A stretch of 64,000 nucleotides of DNA from Marsupella aquatica (lineage: Eukaryota > Plantae > Marchantiophyta). Where the stretch lies: contig OZ316891.1 of NCBI GenBank assembly GCA_973895155.1, positions 12,894,771 through 12,958,770 on the forward strand, read 5' to 3'. Positions 25,475 through 39,169 of the stretch are shown here, piece after piece. Position 1 is the first letter of the stretch; every line of letters starts with the position of its first letter. The notes beneath the pieces were generated by a model, which worked only from the letters and a program-made list of their open reading frames with translations, was not told where the DNA came from and searched no databases. Position numbers and translations under genes: made by a program.

Positions 25475-25548
25475 AGAACCTTAGTATGAAGTACGAGTAC
25501 TGGAGGAAGTCGATAAAGCATCAACTTCTTCACTGATGTTTGGGGAGC
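25475..25548 (-). pseudogene. Possible orphan exon fragment of a ubiquitin-specific protease
   Basis: A TTTGCAG acceptor is followed by APQTSVKKLMLYRLPPVLVLH, resembling the USP K.L.I..LP.VL.LHLKRF box. The frame breaks right after. Confidence 0.3.
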
Positions 25549-25831
25549 CTGCAAAATGACAGCATCAAGTTCGGTCTAACCCGACTGTCTGCTAGCTGAG
25601 GGATACGTAGTGCTTGATTTGAATTGAATTAAATTGATCATCGGTCCAAGGCTTTCCTATCAGAAACACTCTCGTAATCATTTAGTTTGAGCGGTGCATG
25701 AGTGCGTGGTAAAAGTGAAACCTGGCAAGCTAATTTCATGTAAGTTGACTGTGAACTGTTTGCGCAAATTAGAAGGACCAATTAATAGGGCTTGCCAAAG
25801 TACCAAAGTGTTAGAACTTTATTTTCTGGAC

Positions 25832-25975
25832 GTACCCTTATGGGGTACGTATTTTGGTAGCCCATAGCAAATCTGTCCTGGCCGTAAGAATGTTTTATGT
25901 TCGTACCACCCTTACGGGGTACGAATTTTTGTAGCCCATAACAAATCTGTCCTGGCCGTAAGAATGTTTTATGTC
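25832..25975. repeat. ~75-bp tandem duplication
   Basis: CCCTTA(T/C)GGGGTACG..GTAGCCCATA(G/A)CAAATCTGTCCTGGCCGTAAGAATGTTTTATGT occurs twice. Confidence 0.88.
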
Positions 25976-25999
25976 CTGAGCCGTAACTCAGTTACAGTT

Positions 26000-27700
26000 G
26001 TGCTTTGACACGCCCTAATGGTATTGGGTTGGGTTGATTGCAATTGCAAAGAGCATGACATAACTATACAGAGGTAGGAGCCCATGAGTAATGTTTGCAA
26101 CTTGCAAGACATTCCCCTTCAGTGATGAAATGCAGTGTGTGCCGACTAAGCAAAAATACACAAACCAGTATTTGCACTGCATGTTTTCCAATCCCATGCT
26201 TAGAGCTTGATCATGAGAAAAATTTTCTTCACCAGGTTCTTCAACATAAGAGTGAAGTAATTACAAGGATTTCACTAACTGAGCAACAATGGCATGTGAT
26301 GATGAATAACTGGATGATTGGTGTCTATAAATGTTGGGCTGGTAAGGTGTTGTCCAAAGGCAAAGCTAGCTTATTGTTATACTTGACAGAGCAAATATCA
26401 TATGTGTAGAAACCTTCTCTTCGACCTTACTTGGTGGTGTGAATTTGTCAGTTCAGTGATGAGGCCCCCAAAATGACCCAGAACTTCTTGTTGGCAATCT
26501 TATTCATTTGTAGAAATTTATTTGAAACCATATTGTCAGAATTGTATTGTTCAACCTATGTGCCTACTTAGGTTTGGTCACGGGCACGGGCCTAGTTTGT
26601 ATCTGTTCCAATACCCCTCTCTGACGGAATAAGGTGTAGCAATAATATACTAGTTTTTAGAGGTGTAAAGGTTTGGAGCTTTATGTAGGTGGAGGTGGAG
26701 GCTACCTGTGCCTAACAGAATTTTGTAGGGACATTGTTCAATATGATACCATCATCTTACTCAAATAGCACTCTTGTAAGTTGTTCACCATTCTGGGTAT
26801 TAAGAAGAGCTTGGTCCATTGGATTCTTGCTGTACCCCACTGTTTGTGCTCATATGGGCGATGTTCGAAGATTGGGCGTGATGACCCATGAACTCAATCC
26901 AACGCCAACTATAAGCCTTCCCCAAGCACACCTTGAAGAAAGCAGGAAAGATGTGTGCATATGGGGACATCTGGACATGGCTCAAAACAATTCAATGCTC
27001 AAGGTGAAATATGGAAATTTTGCCAAAAGTGAGTTTCCTCTCCACTGGGCTCTCCACACAGTAAATACTCTGTAACAACCAATGTATCTAATAGGATCTC
27101 TCCTTTAGGAAAGTATGGTTAGGATCAAACCATGTCATATTCATAACTTCAGTCCTGAATCTGTTCTCTTTCCAATTTTGGAGTAAGTCTGGGCTATGCT
27201 TGGCTTCAAATCTTCATATAGGTCTGTGCTAGTTTTGTTGAGAGTATGGGCTCATTCCCACTACTCTGAGTTCAGTCTCATGAGAAGACTGACTATAGCA
27301 AGATTGGTAAATATACCAAATAATGTAACAATTACCTAGATGTTACAGCAACTTCTGCCTTGAAGGATCTGACTATTTCAAAATTAGACAAAAACAGTTG
27401 TGCTAGTGATCAATTGATTGGCTAGAAATAAGGCCTGATGGTAAGTGCACACCAAAAACCAGGTACATATTGTGTGCTGTGCTATCTGGCAAGTGTCCAA
27501 TGGTTGAATGGATCCTCCATACCATTGTAAACCCAATTATTCTATTATATCACTAAGTGTTGCAGTTTATACATATCGGGCTGCAAGAATTTGATGTGCA
27601 ATTACCAGGACGGAGAAGTAATCATGAGTCATGAGATACCATCTGAAGTATTGTATCCATAAGTACTAAAGTGTATGAAAGATGAGGGTAAGTTTGGGAG
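26000..27700 (+). mobile_element. Highly decayed LINE (L1-like) ORF2 remnant; boundaries approximate
   Basis: Peptide relics WAGKVLSKGKASLLL and LKVKYG resemble the post-RT W..K.LS..G...L and ..KY motifs. Many stops. Confidence 0.35.
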
Positions 27701-27772
27701 GAGGCTCCCTCCTAAATTTAGCTAAGTATAGGTCCACTACTCAGATTAACTAAGAATTTGTCACTGAGCATG

Positions 27773-28001
27773 GGTCGACTGTTACTTAACATCAACTTTG
27801 CCACTAAAGATGTTCTAATTGACAATACTGCCACTATTTTTTTGTATTTAAAAAATTGTCACGGTTTCGTATATGAATGACAAGTTCACCAAGGTAACCA
27901 GGGGAGCTATGTACGGAAACTGTGGCATTTTGTAAATACATCAAAAACAGTGGCAGTATTGTAAATTCAAACATCTTTAGTGGCAATGTAGTTATAATTA
28001 G
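27773..28001. mobile_element. MITE with ~85-bp imperfect TIRs, probably Mutator-like
   Basis: TTGCCACTAAAGATGTT..ACAATACTGCCACT pairs with AGTGGCAGTATTGT..AACATCTTTAGTGGCAA. Flanked by CTGAGCATG (27764-27772) and CTGAGTATG (28002-28010). Confidence 0.65.
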
Positions 28002-28029
28002 CTGAGTATGGATCTGTTTCTAAAAGGAG

Positions 28030-28625
28030 TTGTTTACAACCCCCATGGGAAGCTCCTTCCAAAATCCCTGGAATCATGTGTAACCACATCAGCACCATTG
28101 ATCAAAAACAAGAACGGTTAGTTATGCAAAAAGAACCAAATGTGACTATTCGTGTTTAAAAGAAAGGCAAAGAAAAACACCCCATACCTATAAAAACAAT
28201 GGAAAACTGAAAAGTAACCTTTAAAATAAACCAAAAAATTGGTAAGACCGGGATAAAAGAAAATAACCTTTGGATGGGTTGCCATTGATATAGCAGTAGA
28301 AAAAACGATTTTAGCTTCTATGGTGAATTAAGAAACTCTTTGGCTACTATGGACAGAGGAATACTAAGGGAACTTAAGAAATCCTTCGGTTACCATGGGA
28401 ATACCAAGGGAACCTAAAAAAAAAACCTTGGCTACTTTAACATTTTACGTGGACTGTAGGGAATGTCATATGGGCTGCATGGACATAGGAGTACCAAGGG
28501 CACGTTTGGACTGTACCATGAATAGTTTCCTCTTTTGTCCTCTCATCTCCATACTCAAACCTATTCCAATATGCAACTTTTCATCACTCCAACTTGTTGA
28601 TTAAACCAAGGGGTCATTGAACTAA
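28030..28625 (-). mobile_element. Helitron-like family, copy E (diverged, short)
   Basis: The reverse complement aligns with 47881-48585 (TGTCCATAGTAG, ATTTGGTTCTT.TTGCATAACTAAC, GGAAGGA.CTTC.CATGGGGGT). Confidence 0.6.
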
Positions 28626-30281
28626 ATATTCATTGCTATTGTGAAGCATAATTTGTCTGCCCTAGATAGAGTTATTTTGATTTTTTGGATGCTGAGTTTT
28701 AACATGGACAGATTAAAATGGACAGTTTTAACATGGACAGATTTTAAATGGGAACCATAGATTCTCCAAATCAATGGCCTAGATTGAATCAATTTCCACC
28801 AGACAGTGAAATAATTTGCATGTTTGTGAAGTGAGACACTTTACCGGGCCGGGAACTAAGACAGTAACTTGTAGGTGTGATAAGATTTCCAGTTTGCAAC
28901 CTGTCTTAAGGGATGCAGCCCCAGGTACATCACAGATGGTCTTTGGGAAAACCGATCATTGGAGGCAGCAAGGTCTAGCCAAAGTCCAAAGCAGCAGGGA
29001 TGGCAAACCGTCAGGATACTGTAGGTGTTTTGCATTGTTTCTTTTTACAGATCCACTTTTGGCACATGTCCGGGTCACAAACACATGTACAACAGACTTG
29101 ATGCTCAAGGTTGGATCCCACGTATTTCTAAGTTGATATTAGGCCATCCTGGGAGGTTACTACATTGGGTTCTTTCAGACCTGGGTGGTGTTGGTGTCCC
29201 TCCTTGGTGCATTTGTGATTGCGAATTTGGTAGTGGGAAGTTTTGGATGCGTCGCCCTAATATGGGGCAAGTGGCTGTTTAATTGGTGAACTTTGTAAAC
29301 GGGGCACCTGTCATTATTCTAAAAGGTTGCAAGAAACGTTACTCAAAACTATGCGACTAACTTATTCCTGACTAACTTATTGCGAACGAAAGTTGAGTGA
29401 CAATTGTCGCTTTGAAATGTTTCCCGTAGACAATCGAGAATGACTACATTCGGAGACACTTATGGCCAACGAAAAGCTGACTGATCCTCGGAAATCATGG
29501 ATACGTTTTTCGAATCCATGAGTTTCTGGTCGTTTAAGCTCAATGGTTGGACACATAACGTTCTTAGAGAGTTCACCCAGCCATGGTCTTTAGGGGCCTG
29601 TGCTTGAGTTCATGTTACTCCGTGTGACCTGTTTCGAGTGTCCTTCCAAAGGTGTACGGGTCCTATATTCTAAACTCTAAAACTCTGAACCTCAAGAAGG
29701 TTGCCTTTCACAACATAGAGATATGACTTCACAGATTCCTAAAGAACATCTATACTCATTTGAGTTCAGAATTATTTCAAATGTACAAAAGCATAGGTTT
29801 TCAAGACGATCATAACGAGTAAGTGTGCAGCAGCGTCAATCACAGGATCCAACCTTACATGAGCCAAAAAAATTAACTCTCGGTTGGGAATAATTTTCCA
29901 CAGAAAGGATTTGAGTGGGACTGCTACCGCTGAGAACACAGCAAGGAATTCAACACATCACCTGTTGCATTGGAGCTCGCCTGGAGAGATACGTCCGGAT
30001 TTTAGAGGGGTGATGCCATAAAATAATTACGATCCTCGCAAGACAAAATCTATTCAAGAGTGAATGAATTGAAATAAGGCTCGAACTCAGTCGATCGAGC
30101 CATCCCAACACATGGTGAAATTGTGCTATGCTTCGATGTGCACAAGATAAAACCCACCCCGCCATCAAGAATTACTGAAAAATTCTGATTATAGCCTTCA
30201 TTGTCACATCTAGTCAGTTTGCATAGCACTATTCAGATAGTGCTGACTGTCACAAAATTCCCTGTAAAAGGGTGTTGCTCT

Positions 30282-31381
<1,100 letters not shown>

Positions 31382-31488
31382 CGCGCCTTGCCTCCGATCC
31401 GAGCTCGCCCGAAAGAAATTAGACGAACACTTACAAGAGCGGGCGACGGGACGTACGAGCTGCTCGACGCCAGCAAAAGAACGAGCGG

Positions 31489-31627
31489 TTTAGGGTTCTG
31501 CGAGTAAAAACTCGTCCCCGGCAATAGTGTGTGTGCAACGTCGGAACCCTAAATGCTGTGGATACTTCAGTCCATGTGGGTAGGGGAAAGGTTTCATGGT
31601 CAGGGGTAAACGCAGGTTCCATGGGCC
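31489..31627 (-). promoter_or_regulatory. Telo-box-like and site II motifs of the RPS9 promoter/5' UTR
   Basis: TTTAGGGTT at 31489-31497, GAACCCTAAA near 31544 and TGGGCC at 31622-31627. This motif pairing is typical of plant ribosomal protein genes. Confidence 0.45.
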
Positions 31628-32899
31628 CTCAAAGGGAATAGCCCTTTAATTCCCAATATCTTAGGCAAGAGTGTATTGGCTGTGTTCCATCAGCCCTCAA
31701 GCAAGGGCAACCAGGTCGACCCTGAAATCTCCTAAAAATGCAGAGGGGATCGCTGCCGTTGTTTCAGAGTATCCCTCAAACTCATGTAAGGAGTGGAGGG
31801 GCATCCTTACCTTCCACTCCCGAATTTTTGCCTTGAGGGCAACCGGCAGGACCTGGAAACACATGTTTTCACCTGCACTAGCCTGTTGCTGGTCACTGCG
31901 GGGGCTTAAGCACCTCGATGGAGTCAACATCAAGACCGGCTAGTGGCTGGGAGATAATAAAAAGACAGGCACTAGTGCCATTCCTTGTCTTTGTCAGATT
32001 CTTTATTCTTTCGGCCCTGCAAATTCAAAAGACAAACACTGCAAAACATATGCAACATGTTATTATAGTTCTTGATTGCCATATGTAGGATATGCAAATA
32101 TTGGGTGGAGGTAGAGAGGCAAAAGTACAAATTGTTTGAGACCTTCACAGTTGGATAGGGAGAAGGGGTAATAGCTACATGTGGTTTAGAGTTAGATTAA
32201 CATGGTAGCACAGGCAACATGTACAGATGATTGGAATTGATCATGTTGGGCAGTAAGTACACTTGTTGCAAAGAGGTGTTCTGTAACAATGTGTGAGCAC
32301 AAAGTGAATGTACTCATCAGCAAGAAAAGCAAGGGACAATGTCACATATTTTGATAGAATTGACCTGTAAATTGAAATGGTCATTATGATTGTGTAAGGT
32401 AACAAAATTGTTACAGAATTTATAGTTTGGAACACTAAGAGCATCTCCAACGGTTTGGAGATTTGTGGCCCCTATCCCCATCATATGGCAGGTGAAATGG
32501 CGCCTGCCAAAATGGAGAGTCACCCTACTTTAACGCAATCCCCAACGGCAACACCCCATTCTGACCTCCATCCCATATGCGCGCGTACGAACTGGGGCCC
32601 ACAGCTGTGGGAAGGATTCTCACACACGTTGGATTCACTTTGGTGTGAAGTGAACCCTCTGTTTCTTGCAGACCTCGACTCCTCACGAGACCTCGACTCA
32701 CGTTTCGACGCAACAGAGGTTCCGTCGTAGAATGCATGTCGATCGTGCAACTTCATTTTTTTTTTCAAGTGATTTGTGTTGTGTGCTCGCCCTTGCTGCC
32801 GCCTTCGCTTTCATGCGACCATGACCTTCATCCATTTTGATCGGGATAAATTGAAGCAGTGCTGACAAGCCTGGACTACACATTGATCATCTGTTCAGA

Positions 32900-34212
32900 A
32901 TGGACCTCGAAAGATGGCTGGCGGATCTCAACGAAGAATTGGAGGAGGAGGCGGTGGATTGTGATGAGGAACAAAGATTCTGGGAGTTGATAATGTTCAG
33001 TGGAACCCTTTCCATTCCAAATATTGGCCAGCACTCTAGGAAAAGAAGCACGGAGGGTCTAGGCCAGGCAGAAGTGAGAATGTTGAGAGGCGCAGAGAAA
33101 AAGTGGCAGACGACCTATGGAATGACTACTTTTCTGATGCACCAACCTATGATGAATTAAAATTCAGAAGGAGATTCAGAATGAGCAGTAGTTTGTTTAA
33201 CAAGATTCTTGTTGATGTCTGTGCACACGACACTTATTTTTGTCGCAAGGAAAAGGTGAAAGTAGGATGCTGCAGGGAAAGTAGGATTGTCTCCACATCA
33301 AAAGTCCATAGGCAATTAGCTTATGGACTTGGAGCAGATGCTTTGGATGAGTATTGTAGAATTGCTGAAAGCACAGCACTAGAGTCTTTGTATCGCTTTG
33401 TGAAAGTCATCAGAGAGTTGTATGAGGGTCACTATTTGAGGAAGCCAACAGCTGAAGATTTTGAAAGAAACCTTCAAATTAATGCAGAGCGAGGTTTTCC
33501 AGGTATGTTAGGTTCATTGGATTGCATGCATTGGGCATGGAAGAATTGTCCTGTTGCTTGGCAAGGCCAATACAGTGACAAGGATAGAAACAAATCCATC
33601 ATATTGGAAGCAATTGCTGATCAAGAATTGTGGATTTGGCATGCCTTTTTTGGGCTGGCTGGGGGAAATAATGACCTGAATGTGCTTGACCGATCACCAC
33701 TTCTAAATGAATGGTTGCATAATGATTCGGCCAATGTCAGTTTCCATGTCAATGGTACAGAGTACAAACGAGCTTATCTGCTGGTGGATGGAATTTATCC
33801 AGAGTGGTCCATGTTCATATCCACTGTGCACATGCCACAGTCTGATAAGTTGAAGCATTTTGCAAGATGTCAGGAGGCAGCAAGAAAAGATGTGGAGAGG
33901 GCATTTGGGGTCCTCCAAGCTAGATTTGAGATAGTGAGGAGGCCTGCCAGGTCTTGGTACGAAAAGAACATTGTAAATATTTTGCTTGCTTGTGTCATCC
34001 TCCACAATATGATTGTTGAGGATGAGAGAGATGAGAATTTTCCTCCATATTTAAGGGTTCCTGCAGCAAGAGTGAATAGGGGAAATCTGCCATGGCTGGA
34101 GTTCCTTGCTGCAACAGCTGAAATTAACAACAAGGCTAACCATTTTCGGCTGAGAAATGACATTGTTGATCACCTTTGGAATAGAAAGGGGTCTGGTCTT
34201 TCTGATCACTGA
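32900..34212 (+). pseudogene. PIF/Harbinger DDE transposase with N-terminal frameshifts
   Basis: Motifs HGGSRPGR, DYF..FRRRFRM, RQLAYG, RGFPGMLGSLDCMHWAWKNCP, YLLVDGIYP, RKDVERAFGVLQARF, ACVILHNMIVEDE. There is a frameshift near 33040. A compensating pair of indels at ~33250-33310 puts DAAGKVGLSPHQK in another frame. Confidence 0.9.
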
Positions 34213-34577
34213 AATTCAGGTGAGTCTTTGGAGTTTTTCTTGCACAACCCTGCATTTCTTTTCTTAAATGAAACACACGAGTACTACCTTGGGACTTGAG
34301 GGTACCAAGTCACAGGTCTGAATTGAGTGATGATGTCATGGTAGACAGAGTACATTTGACTTGCTTCCACCTTGACTGAACTTCAATTCATGTATTTGGA
34401 AGTACAGGAAACTTGGGAGATACTGTCGAGGCAGGTACATGAAACTCGGGAGAAACTCGGGAATTGAACCTGTAGGCCCAATTCGAAGCTCTCAAATTGT
34501 TTTGGTGCTTGACTTGGTGGTCCAGAGGACGTACCCACAATTTTTTTATTATTAGCATTGCAAGGAGGCAATCAAAC

Positions 34578-34871
34578 ATGGAAGAGCAGAAGAAGAATGG
34601 CAAACCATGGGCACCTCCAGCAAAGGTGACAAGAAAGGAGGCAAGCAAGAAAGCACCATTGGAGATGAAGCTCATGGAGTTTGAGCCCGAAAATTCTCTG
34701 GAGGCTCAAGTTATGGCAGAGATGGAGGATATTGATGACGATGATGCACTTTCGGACCGTCTCAACACCAACCAATCTACCTCGAGTGATGATTGCTATG
34801 TGGTTTTCACAAAGCCACCCCCTAGCCCAAAGCGCAAACCACCGAAGCGTAAATCTAGGGTTTTAGAATGA
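34578..34871 (+). CDS. Unexplained third ORF inside the PIF/Harbinger element (acidic tract plus basic C-terminus)
   Basis: MEEQKKNGKPWAPPAK..EMEDIDDDDALSD..PPPSPKRKPPKRKSRVLE*; the frame is open from 34497. No recognisable family. Confidence 0.35.
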   Translation: MEEQKKNGKPWAPPAKVTRKEASKKAPLEMKLMEFEPENSLEAQVMAEMEDIDDDDALSDRLNTNQSTSSDDCYVVFTKPPPSPKRKPPKRKSRVLE

Positions 34872-35532
34872 TTTTCGGAAAGCTTCAGTGACCAATTTGG
34901 CAATTAGTAGCTTTAGCAATTAGCAAGCTTCAATGACCAATTTTAGGGTCCAGGCTGGCCGTTTTGTCCAAGACTTTGTCCAGGCAGGTTGTAGGGGAAG
35001 ACTCGGAATGGCTCATAGCTTGGCCGTATGGAATAGGAAGCCGTGGCCTCCAATTTTGTAAACCTTATTATATTTATTGAAACTTTTTTGATTCGAATTG
35101 CCGTAGAGAACATTTCTTAGCTTCTGGAAATCTGTTTTCTCGTCTCTGCTCTCAGGCTTTTTGTAACTTTCACTCAGATTTTACGTAATGTTTTGTGATA
35201 CCTGAGTTTCCGACCTTGCATATACAGGTTCAAAAGCTCAAGCTTGACACTGAAAGGTGGCTATTTCATCTGTTTTCATGTCAATGTACTTCTATCCAAG
35301 CCAATCAAAAATGTCCAGACTACAACTATTTACGAACTGCTTAGTTAGCATCTCTAGGCCTTGAGAATGCAGTTTTCTTTCTTGTAGGGCAATGGTCGAA
35401 TTATATGTAAATCCTCACTTTGTGGATTTGCAATCTGGAATGTTTCGTGCAACACTTGAATCACTTTTATTAATCAATGTGCAAACATAGATCTCAGCAT
35501 TCATCGAGATTGATTGAGTGATGCCCACGGCA

Positions 35533-36543
35533 CTACAACTGGCTAGCTAACAATCCCTGGAAAGAAAATCCAGGTGCACATGGCTGCAATTCTGCTTCAA
35601 AATCTACATGGTCTGCTGCTACGCCTATGTTTTCATTCTGGTCAGTTGTGCTATCATCAAAAACAGGATCGTCAACCCTGGTCTCTGGAAAATTAGGAAG
35701 TGGATTCTGTGCAGGTTCCGTAGTTTGCATCCGAGCTTTGAGTTTTCTGGCCTCTTCTAACTTCCATTGTCTTACGTAATCACGGAGCTCTGGTTCCATG
35801 TTGTCCGTAGGCAATGTAAGCAGCTTCATCAGTGAATTGTTTTGCAATGTCTTGACCCGATCACGATTCGCAGCTGCCATCTCCCTTTGGGCATTCGCAG
35901 CCATCTTCATTGCTTCTTGTTCAAGCTTCGCTCGCTTGTGATCTTCCTTGGCTCTCTTGTTTCCCACCGGCCTCTTCCTCATGTCACATTGCCGATCTTC
36001 AGCAGGTTCTTCATGCTGTCTGTCAACACTTTCATTGTCACCATTCTCAATGTCAATGGGACTCTGGCTAGAGTTCTCATTTTCTATTGTGTTGCCCTTG
36101 GATGCAGCTGATTTCCTCCCCTTACCTTTCGCCATGTCGTCTGCTGGATTCCCCCACCGTGGACAATCTTTCAAAATCCAGAAGCAGGATTCGAAAGAGA
36201 AAGATTTCCCTTTGGGATGGTTCTGCTTGAACAATTCCTTTGCTTTCACCACAGTGTCATCAACGTTGGTCCCTGAAATTTGGAGGTCATCTACTTGTTG
36301 AAAACATCCAATGAACTTTGATACATCGTGTTTCACATCAGACCACTTCCCTTCCAGTGATTTTCGACCCCTCGATTCAGTTCCCTTTGGTTTGTGCTTC
36401 TCGTAATGCTCAGTCACCCGGTCCCAAAATCTCTCTGCTCTTTGTCCTACACCAATGCAAGGATCTTGGGACACATGGAGTACACTGTAGCATAATTGTT
36501 TGAGCTCCTCTGGACCGTAATTTTTCCCACGACTTGCTGCCAT
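35533..36543 (-). CDS. PIF/Harbinger Myb/SANT-like DNA-binding protein with NAM-associated region
   Basis: MAASRGKNYGPEELKQLCYSVLHVSQDPCIGVGQRAERFWDRV..SLEGKWSDV..VSKFIGCF..FSFESCFWILKDCPRW..RPVGNKRAK. Intact ORF. Confidence 0.9.
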   Translation of the reverse strand: MAASRGKNYGPEELKQLCYSVLHVSQDPCIGVGQRAERFWDRVTEHYEKHKPKGTESRGRKSLEGKWSDVKHDVSKFIGCFQQVDDLQISGTNVDDTVVKAKELFKQNHPKGKSFSFESCFWILKDCPRWGNPADDMAKGKGRKSAASKGNTIENENSSQSPIDIENGDNESVDRQHEEPAEDRQCDMRKRPVGNKRAKEDHKRAKLEQEAMKMAANAQREMAAANRDRVKTLQNNSLMKLLTLPTDNMEPELRDYVRQWKLEEARKLKARMQTTEPAQNPLPNFPETRVDDPVFDDSTTDQNENIGVAADHVDFEAELQPCAPGFSFQGLLASQL

Positions 36544-37099
36544 GTTTGCACACCTTCGTACGCGGAATTTCACTGCAATTCTCGTGAGTCTCAAAATGTC
36601 AGCTTTGCACGACAACACCGTGTGGCCACGAGAAGCACTGTTCATGGCAGTCCAAGCGGGAAATTTAGAGAATTCTGGCGCGAGCACTGCTTCACATCGC
36701 GAGTGCCGCGTGGACGTTTTCTTGCCGTCGATCGATTTGCAGGCAAGCAACCAGGTTTCAAATGGCGACCGCCTTCCTGCCAGGAAGTAGCGGCGTGGAG
36801 GGAGGAAAAGTAGCGGCTTCCTCCATAAATTTACAGAAGCCGACACCGTTGGAGATTAAAAACTCCAAATACTGGCCGCTAGTAGTTGGTTTGTTGTTTA
36901 CGGTGCTCCTTGGAGGCACCGTTGGAGATGCTCTAAATTACTTTACCCCAAAAAGCAACTATGTAAACTATTGTACACCATTACGTCCTAATTCTTGCTT
37001 CGACTACCTCCATCTACCTCACATTTCATGGAATAAGGGGAAAACCCATGTTGTCATCCTCGGCTTGGACTGAAATTAGATCTGGGTCCCAATGCAATA

Positions 37100-39100
37100 C
37101 TATTTCATTGTCCTCTGCAATCCGATCTGCTGGGATCCTGGCATCAAAACTCCATTGGTTTGCAAAGCGCTAATTTGCCTATTCTGATTAACAACTCCAC
37201 ACTTACCACATTATCTCTTCCCCAAATTAGGGCCATTTCCTTTCTTTTTGCTCATAGAAAATGCTTATGACCGCAAGCCCTTGCTAAAAGCTAGACAATG
37301 TTTTCTCTTTCTCCATAGGTTTGGCATGACCTGGATCATCTAAGAGGATAAAGTAAGAACTGATTGCCCAATGTGCCCAAGTACTCATCCGGTCTAAGTT
37401 ATGTATTGGTACAACTACAATTACTGCTCTGTATCACTCAATGCCTTCCTTTCTTCTTCAGCCTCGGGGGCAAAGCAAATGTCTACTACCTCCGAATAAC
37501 AACCCCAAAACAGGGCTTGTTGGAGTATAGCGTAGTCTCAATTTTCTTAAAGATGTTGTACTCCAACAACGGTGAAAATGTCAATTGTAATCCCTTTCAT
37601 CTCTGTCATCCCATATTGTTATGTTCACAAGGCCAATACATTTCTAGGAATCAACTCAAAACATGAGCATGTGGGTTAAGTGGAAAGGGACACACCAAAC
37701 GCTCTTATGTCTGGTATAGAAGTCCCCAATGAAGTCTGCACTTTTGCCTGAACTTCACCATTATGAAGGACTGTCCATTGCCCCAAATGTCTAATTGGCA
37801 TCATGTCAAAGCATTGCCTACTTAGGAACAAAAAACCACTTGTGCTTACATTTCTCTTGCAAGTACAACCACGGCTCTATGAGTAGCTTGCAAGGAGCCA
37901 AGACCCATGGCAAAAGAAGATCTGAGTTTGCTTGCTCACATGGATTGTTGGTAACTTTCTCAAAGCACAAGAATAGAAAAGCATGTCTGGCATATAGACT
38001 AGCGTCTATCTCAAAGTAAGTCTACAAGAGTCCTTAAGTTGGCCTCCCGTTTGGAACTGCTTTCCCCTAGTGCTCCAACAGGTCATTGAAGTCCTTCCCG
38101 CTCTAAGCATAAATGTGATGAACAAAGAATTCTTACCATCACCATTGCAAATGATTTGCACTGTGCAGATACTTTGCTTGGAAACATCTCACAAATTGCA
38201 GCTATCAACCCCGTTTGACTATCTGGGAGAACTGAGCGTCCAGCCTGCCAATGCCATGAATTGTCATCTCCAACATTTCCAGAAACCAAACCAAGTGTGA
38301 AGTGTTTTCTATATGAGAAATTGCAGAAGCAGGGATCACCACTTGTGAGTTTCCGTCAAAACAATGACAGCTGGATTGGGTACTTCATATTTTTTTGTGG
38401 TACGCATCATTCAAGGCATACAACGGGTTGGTTGTAGTCCAAGACTGAGCGAGTGGCAAATAGACACATGAAAGGTCTGCATAATGTTTTTGTGTCCTCC
38501 ATAGCAGACCATTTACCACACATGAGGGATCCGGCTCTTCCAATCTGTTCAATAGGGATTTCTTTATTGAAGCTTGATTTGATCCTCCCATATACAAGTC
38601 CCAAAGAAGCTTCCTTGCTCAAAATATGTGCTGATATGTTGTATTTTTTGTAGTCCATCCTGAAGCCATTGACCATTTCTTTAACAAGTACTTTCACATT
38701 GCATACAACTCGTGATTCATTCTCATGGCTAGGTCAATTGTGGCTATATTGATCAGTGTTTTTGATCAGTGGTTCTTTACATATGATACATGGTATGTGG
38801 GCTATGAAGTACCAAGCCACCAGAGCCCCCAGTAGAGTTATCTCGAATGTGGCTATACCTAAGTCAATGAAATGTTATTTAAGCATGGATCCAGGGTGAG
38901 TTGAGCATGTCTCTTAGTTCAAGTACGCAGGGTTCAAACAGGAGCTTAAACTGCCAGCACGACTTTGGGATGTGCTTCACTCTTAAGTAATCACTGGCAG
39001 TTCTGCTGGAGTGGAATGAGACAATCGAAATGAGTCCACTTGGAGTTCACAACACTGCCCAGAGTCTCAACCAGAGTTCTATGAGTCAATCTGTGCAAGT
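37100..39100 (-). mobile_element. Highly decayed LINE remnant; boundaries approximate
   Basis: Minus-strand relics resemble the APE endonuclease GDWN-type box (LMCGKWSAME near 38500) and the RT QGCPLSP region (~37670-37710). Many stops and frameshifts. Confidence 0.35.
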
Positions 39101-39169
39101 GCAAGAATTTAAGGCTATCATTTTGTGCGCTTCCAAACATATTTCATTTCACCATGATTTTAACGATAA

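Larger units (their letters stand above)
32439..36933 (+). mobile_element. Full-length PIF/Harbinger DNA transposon (4.5 kb)
   Basis: Perfect 16-bp TIRs GAGCATCTCCAACGGT / ACCGTTGGAGATGCTC. TAA TSD at 32436-32438 and 36934-36936. Convergent transposase and Myb/SANT ORFs. An internal TIR-like copy lies at ~36845. Confidence 0.96.

Noticed and set aside
28816-29282. Short ORFs including DLGGVGVP
   Set aside because: Faint LINE-like motif only; too weak to call.
36544-36846. N-terminal 101-aa extension of the Myb ORF
   Set aside because: Begins at a non-ATG codon in the subterminal region. Homology starts at MAASRGKNY (36543).
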